From a virus (taxonomy: Duplodnaviria; Caudoviricetes), in IMG/VR virus record IMGVR_UViG_3300023175_000012, positions 32,001-96,000 of that record: DNA of 64,000 bases; one strand, given 5' to 3'. The translations under genes and the position numbers were made by a program. The notes beneath the pieces are model-generated. The model saw only the letters and a list, made by a program, of their open reading frames with translations. It was not told where the DNA came from and searched no databases. Within the stretch, counting starts at the first letter, position 1. Each line of letters begins with the position of its first letter. Shown here piece by piece: positions 57,625 to 64,000 of the stretch.

Positions 57625-60600
57625 TGGCTTACGATAACGATCAGACAGAATCACCATTGCCAACAGGCGATCAAGAGAAAAGAAAAAGCACTGATCTCTT
57701 ACCTAAGTATTTTAGAACGCAAGCAAATAAAAAGATTCTATCTAGTACATTAGATCAGTTAGTACAACCTGGATCAGCAGAAAAAGTTAATGGCTATATG
57801 GGCAGAAAAAATTCTAAAGCTCATAGGCTTAATGATACTTACATAGAAGATGTAACTGTACAACGACAAAATAGGCAATTAGAACCGGCCACAGTATCTG
57901 TAGATGATTTAGGTAATGTAAATTTTTATGCTGATTATGCAGACTATGTAAACCAAATTAAAAACTTTAATGGTAGTAATGCTAATCATAGTTTAATGAA
58001 TAGCCAAGAATACTATGCTTGGAACCCTAATATTTGTTTTGATAAATTTACAAACTTTAGAGAATACTATTGGCTACCTAATGGCCCTCAAACTGTAACA
58101 GTTTTTGGCAAGTCGGAAGATGAAACTAGTACTTACACAGTAACTACTGAAGTACAAGATGACAATACAGTTTATAAATTTGATCCTCCAGGATTTGAAC
58201 CTAATCCTGCTTTAACATTATACAGAGGACAAACTTATACATTTGATATTGATACTCAAGGCCATCCATTTTCGTTTTCTACTAACAGAAGATTTTCAGA
58301 TGCTCCGTTTACACTTGAAAAACAAAATGACGGAAGTTATAAAGTTATATCTGGAGATTCTGAAAATATTTCTAGCCTATATGTTCAAGGAATTACAGCC
58401 GTTGATTTAGAAGGTAATGAAATTGACCCAGTTAATGTTGAACAAGGTAAAATTACATTCACCGTTCCGTATAATGCACCTGATCAATTATATTATGTAA
58501 GCCAAAGTGATATAAACACAAGTGGGTATATTAAAGTATTTGATATAATTGAAAATACATCAATAGATGTTAACGAAATTGTTGGTAAAAAGCAATATAC
58601 AAGTGCTAACAAGGTTGCATTATCAAATGGACTAAAAATAAAATTTGCTGGAAATGTAACTCCTGAGTTTTACAAAGATAAAGAATTTTTTGTAGAAGGT
58701 GTAGGCGAAAGCATTAGATTAATTAACGAATTAGATTTAGTTATTCCTGCCAGTTATGTCGGAAATAAATTAGTACCATTTGACAGCGAAGGATTTGATA
58801 GATTGCCATTTGGTAATGCTAGTGCCTTTGCAGAAACAAAAGATTATATTGTAATTAATAGAGCTAGTCCTGATAGAAATGCATGGTCAAGATATAACAA
58901 ATGGTTCCATAGAGATGTTATAGAAAAGTCAGCAGAATATAATGATAGTGTTCCTAGTATTGATCAATCTGCTAGGGCGTCAAGGCCAATTATTGAATTT
59001 AATGCAGGACTAAAATTATTTAATTATGGTACTCAAGCAAAACATGATGTAGACTTAATTGATTATAAAACTACTGATGCTTTTAGTACAGTAGAAGGTT
59101 CTACAGGTTATAATATTGATAATGTAAATCTTGCAGACGGAATGCGTGTTATTTTTAATGCAGATACTGACCGTCTTGTTAGAGGAAAAATTTACAAAGT
59201 TAAATTTATTTTAATTGACAATATAAGGCAAATAAGTTTAATTGAAGATGATGATGCAATACCAACCGAAAATGAAACTGTTCTAGTTAAAAGCGGAGAC
59301 ATATACAAAGGTAAATTATTTTACTTCGACGGAACATCGTGGGTTGCATCACAAGAAAAAGTAAAGGTTAACCAACAACCAAAGTTCGATGTATTTGATA
59401 CAATGGGAAATAGTTTTTCAACTTATAATGCATCAACATTTGCAGGAACAGAACTTTTTGCTTACAAGATTGGAACTGGTACTAACGACAGTGAATTAGG
59501 ATTCCCTCTTTCATACAGAGCTATAGAAAACTTTGGTGATATACAATTTAATTTTCCGCTAGTAACTGATGCCTTTGTATACGAACAAGATAACGAAAAA
59601 ATTAAAGTCAATACAGAAACGGGTTACTTGAGACAGTACAGTAATATTACGAACTTTAAAAGTAAAAATGGTTGGGAAAAAGCAAATCAACTTAGTAAAC
59701 AGGCTGTAATTAAACAATATGATGTAGAAGATCAACTTAATGATTTTGCTGTAGATGTATTTGACCGTAGTGGTGACTTAAATGATTTAGAAGTAAAAGT
59801 TTATGTTAATAGTTACTTTAGGAAAGAAGAAGTACATTATACTATCAACAGAATTAATGGTATTGCGTATATTACTTTTACTGATAATCTTAAAACTGGA
59901 GATATTTTAATTTTAAGATGTTTTTCTAAGACACCATCTAATCAAAATGGGTATTATGAACTTGCTTATAATTTAGAAAGAAATCCTTTAAACGAAAATA
60001 TTAAAGATTTTACTATTGCAGAAGTAAATGACCATGTAGGTACAATAATAGAAAATACCTTTGATTATAATGGAAACATTTTTCCAGGATCAAGCAACCT
60101 AAGAGACTTAGGGTTTATTGTTAAAAACGGAACAAGATTTGTTAAACATACTGGCCCAATTGCTCTTGCAAGTTATCATCTTACAGATAAAAACGCAAAC
60201 ATTATAAAGGCATTAAAATATGCAAGATTAGAATACGCAAAGTTTAAAAGATTGTTTATTCAAGTTGCTGAAAATTTAGGATATGACGGTCCAATAAAAC
60301 AACATGTTGATAACATTATAGCAGAAATTAATAGTCAAAAAACTGAAGGTATGCCATTTTACTTTTCAGATATGATACCACATGGTGCATCAAAAGGCAC
60401 AACTCATATTGTAAGAGCAAGTGATAGCGAATTTTTTGCATTATCAGAATACTTTGACTTAGACCAATTAAGTAACAGAAGCGTAATGGTTTACCTAAAT
60501 GGTAAATCTCTTTGTTACGGCTCAGATTACGAGTTTACACAAGAAGGTTTCGTAAAAGTACTTACAACTTTACAAGTAGGAGACGAGCTTGAAATATACG

Positions 60601-63600
60601 AATACGATACAACAGACGGTTGTTTTGTTCCTGCAACTCCTACAAAGTTAGGACTGTATCCTAAGTACAAACCAGAAATTTTTATCGACGATACCTATGA
60701 AACACCTAGAAAAGTTATTCAAGGACACGACGGTAGTATTGTGTTTGCATATGACGATTTTAGAGACGATTTAATATTAGAATTTGAAAGAAGAGTTTAC
60801 AATAACTTAAAGCAAGAATATAATCCTGATATTTTTAATATTCATGATTTTGTAGGCGGAAACTATAGAGACACAGGATTTGAAAGAGCAAACATAGATA
60901 CAGGCATGGTATCTGATTTTGTACAATGGACTGTTATCGCAGGCGATCCTAATTATACCAATAACGATTTTTATAAAGACACTTTTACATTTAGATACAA
61001 TTATAAAAATATGTCTTCACCTACTGGTAAAAAATTACCAGGTTTTTGGAGAGCTGTTTATAAAGATGCTTATGATACAGATCGTCCTCATACTCATCCT
61101 TGGGAAATGCTCGGCTTTACAATTAAACCAAAATGGTGGGAAGAAGTATACGGGCCGGCACCCTACACAGCCAACAATTTTGTATTATGGGAAGATTTAC
61201 AAAATGGTGTAATTCGCCAACCTGGCGTACCTACAGTAGTAAATTCTAAATACAAAAGACCAGGTTTACTAAATCATATTCCAGTAGATTCCAACGGAAA
61301 ACTTTTAAGTCCGTTAGATAGCAACTATGCAAAAAATTATGTTGCTATTAGAGCTAGAGATGCATATACATTTGGCGACGAAACACCTACTGAAACAGCA
61401 TGGAGACGTGGTAGTGAATATCCATTTGCGTTAATTACATCTTGGATATTAAATCAACCAGCAAAAGTAATCGGACTAGGCTATGATTTATCAAGAATGT
61501 CAAGAAATGCTGTAGGCAACATTGTATACAGTGAGTCAAATACTATTTTAAGATTAAGAGATTTGGTATTTCCAAATACATATACAGATAATCAGCGTGT
61601 CATAACTTCTGGATTAGTAAACTACATTTACAATTATATTGTAAGTGATATAAACACAAATTATGACGAATATCAAAATACATTAACTACTCTAAAAAAT
61701 AAACTTGCATTAAAAGTTGGAGGATTTACTGATAAAAGTAAATTTAAATTAATTTTAGATAGTAGAACACCTCTAAATGAAGGCAATGTATTTGTTCCAC
61801 CAGAAAACTACAAATTATTTTTAAATACCTCTACTCCAGTAACTATTGCAAACTACAGTGGTGTTGTTATTGAAAAAGCAACTGGCGGATTTATTATAAA
61901 AGGATACGATCAGGCTAAAAGTTCGTTTGATTATTTTGAAGCAATTGAAACACAATCAGATCCTAGTATCAATGTTGGAGGCATATCGGAATCATTTGTA
62001 GATTGGGATAATGGAAAGCAATATATTAAAGGACAAAATGTTAGGTTTGATAGTTTCTTTTATAGAGTGAAAGAAAGTCATGTTAGTGGAACAACATTTG
62101 CAGATGATAAAATGTCTAAACTTGCTGCATTGCCACAAGTAGGCGGTAGAGATAGTGTTCTAAGACGTAAATTTACTAACCGTGTTAAAACAATATCATA
62201 TGGAACTCAACTTAATAGTGTACAAGCGGTTGTAGACTTCTTGTTAGGATATGAAGCATATTTAAAAGCACAAGGATTTATATTTGAATATTATAATAAT
62301 GATATCGAAATAGTTGAGGACTGGACATTTAGTGTTAAAGAATTTATGTTCTGGACTACACAAAATTGGGCCGCAGGAAGTGTGCTTACGATTAGTCCTG
62401 GTGCTCAACAAATTAAATTTAATAAACCCTATCATGTAGTTGATAATATATTTGATGATTTTTATGATTATAGTTTATTAAAGGCCGACGGCAGAAAATT
62501 AGACAGATCGTTTAGTAGCATTGCACGAGACAGTGAAAATGATTTTGGGTTGTCTGTAAAAAATACAGCAGATGGCATTTATAGTATACGTTTGCCGTTA
62601 GTACAACGAGAACATGTAATTCTTTTAGACAACGTAACAGAGTTTGGTGATGTAATTTATGATCAAGAAGCGGGCTATAGACAAGAACGTATAAAGGTTA
62701 CAGGGTATAGAAGTGACAACTGGAGCGGTGGCCTTAATATTCCAGGATTCATTTATGATGAAGCTGAAGTAAGAGATTGGGAACCTTGGAAAGATTATGG
62801 TATCGGCAAACTAATTAAGTACAAAGAATTTTACTATGTAGCAACTAACAATATCAGTGGCACAGAAGTATTCATCGATAATCAATGGGAAAGATTAAGT
62901 GAAAGACCAGAATCTAAACTATTAACAAACTTTGAATATAAAGTTAATCAGTTTGCTGACTTTTATGATCTTGATACAGATAATTTTGATATTGAACAGC
63001 AAAAACATGCTCAGCATTTAATAGGATATCAAAAACGTAAGTATCTTGAAAATATTATTAATGATGATGTAAGTCAATATAAATTTTATCAAGGCATGTT
63101 GCAAGATAAAGGAACAAAAAATAGTTTAACAAAACTGTTTGATGCTTTAGCAAGCGCAGATAAAGAAAGTTTAGAGTTTTATGAAGAATGGGCTATTAGG
63201 TTAGGACAATATGGTGCTACAGATAACTTTGAAGAAGTAGAATTTCTAATTGACGAAGCAGAAATAAAAACTAATCCACAGCCTATAGAGCTTGTGTTAA
63301 GTAAACCGGCTAACGATACCGACACTATTTATAAACTAACTCCTAGTGACATATATAAAAAGCCTCAAAACTACGATCATAAACCATTTCCAGTAGTAGA
63401 TCTTTATAATCAATACACAAGAGATGCTGGTTATGTTTACGAAGGTGATGTAGTTTACAGAATTAACGACAGAAATGATATATTAACAGCAAATATTGAT
63501 AGAATAGGCGCAAATGATTATATATGGATAACAGGAAAAACTGGAGACTGGGATGTAGTACAGCATATTACTACAGATATAAGAGTTACTAAAATTGAAG

Positions 63601-64000
63601 CATTTAGTGCAAGTGCTGATGCACGAGAATTACCTGCAAATCCTGGAGGTACTTTCTATCTTAATAAAGCACATTCATTTAAGGTTGGCGATATTATAGG
63701 AGTATCTAACACTTCAACAGCAAATGATGCGTTTTACATTATAGAAACAGTTAGACCTACACAAATTGATGTATTTGCTAGTGCAAATCAAAGCATAGAA
63801 GCATTAGAAGAAGTAGACGGATATATCAGTAAATTAAGATCAGTCAAATTTGATACAGTTAAAAATGCAAATTATGTAATGGAAGATCGAGTTGCAAATC
63901 AACAAAAGATTTGGATAGACGGAACTACTAAAGATTGGCTTGTTGCTGAAAGAACTGATGCATTTTTAGATGCAGATCACTATAATAACCCTGCAAATTA
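57624..64000 (+). CDS. Very large baseplate wedge protein (gp7-like), >2125 aa, truncated by window end
   Basis: ATG overlaps the gp6 stop (TAATG); begins MAYDNDQTESPLP...DLLPKYFRTQANKKILSSTLDQL; later NFREYYWLPNGP. Absent from the ORF track, consistent with no stop before the window end; frame spot-checked, not read in full. Confidence 0.8.
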   Translation, partial: MAYDNDQTESPLPTGDQEKRKSTDLLPKYFRTQANKKILSSTLDQLVQPGSAEKVNGYMGRKNSKAHRLNDTYIEDVTVQRQNRQLEPATVSVDDLGNVNFYADYADYVNQIKNFNGSNANHSLMNSQEYYAWNPNICFDKFTNFREYYWLPNGPQTVTVFGKSEDETSTYTVTTEVQDDNTVYKFDPPGFEPNPALTLYRGQTYTFDIDTQGHPFSFSTNRRFSDAPFTLEKQNDGSYKVISGDSENISSLYVQGITAVDLEGNEIDPVNVEQGKITFTVPYNAPDQLYYVSQSDINTSGYIKVFDIIENTSIDVNEIVGKKQYTSANKVALSNGLKIKFAGNVTPEFYKDKEFFVEGVGESIRLINELDLVIPASYVGNKLVPFDSEGFDRLPFGNASAFAETKDYIVINRASPDRNAWSRYNKWFHRDVIEKSAEYNDSVPSIDQSARASRPIIEFNAGLKLFNYGTQAKHDVDLIDYKTTDAFSTVEGSTGYNIDNVNLADGMRVIFNADTDRLVRGKIYKVKFILIDNIRQISLIEDDDAIPTENETVLVKSGDIYKGKLFYFDGTSWVASQEKVKVNQQPKFDVFDTMGNSFSTYNASTFAGTELFAYKIGTGTNDSELGFPLSYRAIENFGDIQFNFPLVTDAFVYEQDNEKIKVNTETGYLRQYSNITNFKSKNGWEKANQLSKQAVIKQYDVEDQLNDFAVDVFDRSGDLNDLEVKVYVNSYFRKEEVHYTINRINGIAYITFTDNLKTGDILILRCFSKTPSNQNGYYELAYNLERNPLNENIKDFTIAEVNDHVGTIIENTFDYNGNIFPGSSNLRDLGFIVKNGTRFVKHTGPIALASYHLTDKNANIIKALKYARLEYAKFKRLFIQVAENLGYDGPIKQHVDNIIAEINSQKTEGMPFYFSDMIPHGASKGTTHIVRASDSEFFALSEYFDLDQLSNRSVMVYLNGKSLCYGSDYEFTQEGFVKVLTTLQVGDELEIYEYDTTDGCFVPATPTKLGLYPKYKPEIFIDDTYETPRKVIQGHDGSIVFAYDDFRDDLILEFERRVYNNLKQEYNPDIFNIHDFVGGNYRDTGFERANIDTGMVSDFVQWTVIAGDPNYTNNDFYKDTFTFRYNYKNMSSPTGKKLPGFWRAVYKDAYDTDRPHTHPWEMLGFTIKPKWWEEVYGPAPYTANNFVLWEDLQNGVIRQPGVPTVVNSKYKRPGLLNHIPVDSNGKLLSPLDSNYAKNYVAIRARDAYTFGDETPTETAWRRGSEYPFALITSWILNQPAKVIGLGYDLSRMSRNAVGNIVYSESNTILRLRDLVFPNTYTDNQRVITSGLVNYIYNYIVSDINTNYDEYQNTLTTLKNKLALKVGGFTDKSKFKLILDSRTPLNEGNVFVPPENYKLFLNTSTPVTIANYSGVVIEKATGGFIIKGYDQAKSSFDYFEAIETQSDPSINVGGISESFVDWDNGKQYIKGQNVRFDSFFYRVKESHVSGTTFADDKMSKLAALPQVGGRDSVLRRKFTNRVKTISYGTQLNSVQAVVDFLLGYEAYLKAQGFIFEYYNNDIEIVEDWTFSVKEFMFWTTQNWAAGSVLTISPGAQQIKFNKPYHVVDNIFDDFYDYSLLKADGRKLDRSFSSIARDSENDFGLSVKNTADGIYSIRLPLVQREHVILLDNVTEFGDVIYDQEAGYRQERIKVTGYRSDNWSGGLNIPGFIYDEAEVRDWEPWKDYGIGKLIKYKEFYYVATNNISGTEVFIDNQWERLSERPESKLLTNFEYKVNQFADFYDLDTDNFDIEQQKHAQHLIGYQKRKYLENIINDDVSQYKFYQGMLQDKGTKNSLTKLFDALASADKESLEFYEEWAIRLGQYGATDNFEEVEFLIDEAEIKTNPQPIELVLSKPANDTDTIYKLTPSDIYKKPQNYDHKPFPVVDLYNQYTRDAGYVYEGDVVYRINDRNDILTANIDRIGANDYIWITGKTGDWDVVQHITTDIRVTKIEAFSASADARELPANPGGTFYLNKAHSFKVGDIIGVSNTSTANDAFYIIETVRPTQIDVFASANQSIEALEEVDGYISKLRSVKFDTVKNANYVMEDRVANQQKIWIDGTTKDWLVAERTDAFLDADHYNNPAN

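Noticed and set aside
60919-61212. 97 aa plus-strand ORF
   Set aside because: Out-of-frame overlap within the long baseplate ORF starting at 57624.
1-64000. Alternative genetic code (stop codon reassignment)
   Set aside because: Standard code gives long, intact, tightly packed genes, and TAG as well as TAA terminate genes at sensible boundaries.

Overview
A 64 kb, AT-rich, gene-dense segment of a large T4-related (myovirus-type) dsDNA bacteriophage covering much of the virion morphogenesis region. The minus strand carries four giant repeat-rich virion proteins in two paralogous pairs (1.8-2.3 kaa), small structural genes, the head module (major capsid, scaffold, prohead protease, acidic core protein, portal), a tape measure, putative head-internal proteins, a GIY-YIG-type nuclease, gp46/gp47 and a gp55-like late sigma factor. 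The plus strand carries a gp26-like hub chaperone and the baseplate module: tube cap, gp53, a hub with an M15 peptidase domain, a gp5 spike with a lambda-type lysozyme, gp25, gp6 and a >2100 aa wedge protein running off the window. Features absent from the ORF track: (1) a 23-aa PqqA (PQQ precursor peptide) gene convergent on the capsid gene, suggesting a PQQ-using, possibly methylotrophic host; (2) a ~220 nt structured ncRNA with its own sigma70-type promoter and terminator, divergent from pqqA; (3) a ~400-500 nt hairpin-dense noncoding element starting at the stop codon of the GIY-YIG nuclease; (4) a canonical T_TTT_TTC -1 slippery site that could fuse the gp26-like gene to an unannotated gp51-like ORF; (5) two structured late-gene leaders. 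All family assignments come from motif recognition by eye; no database searches or folding programs were run.
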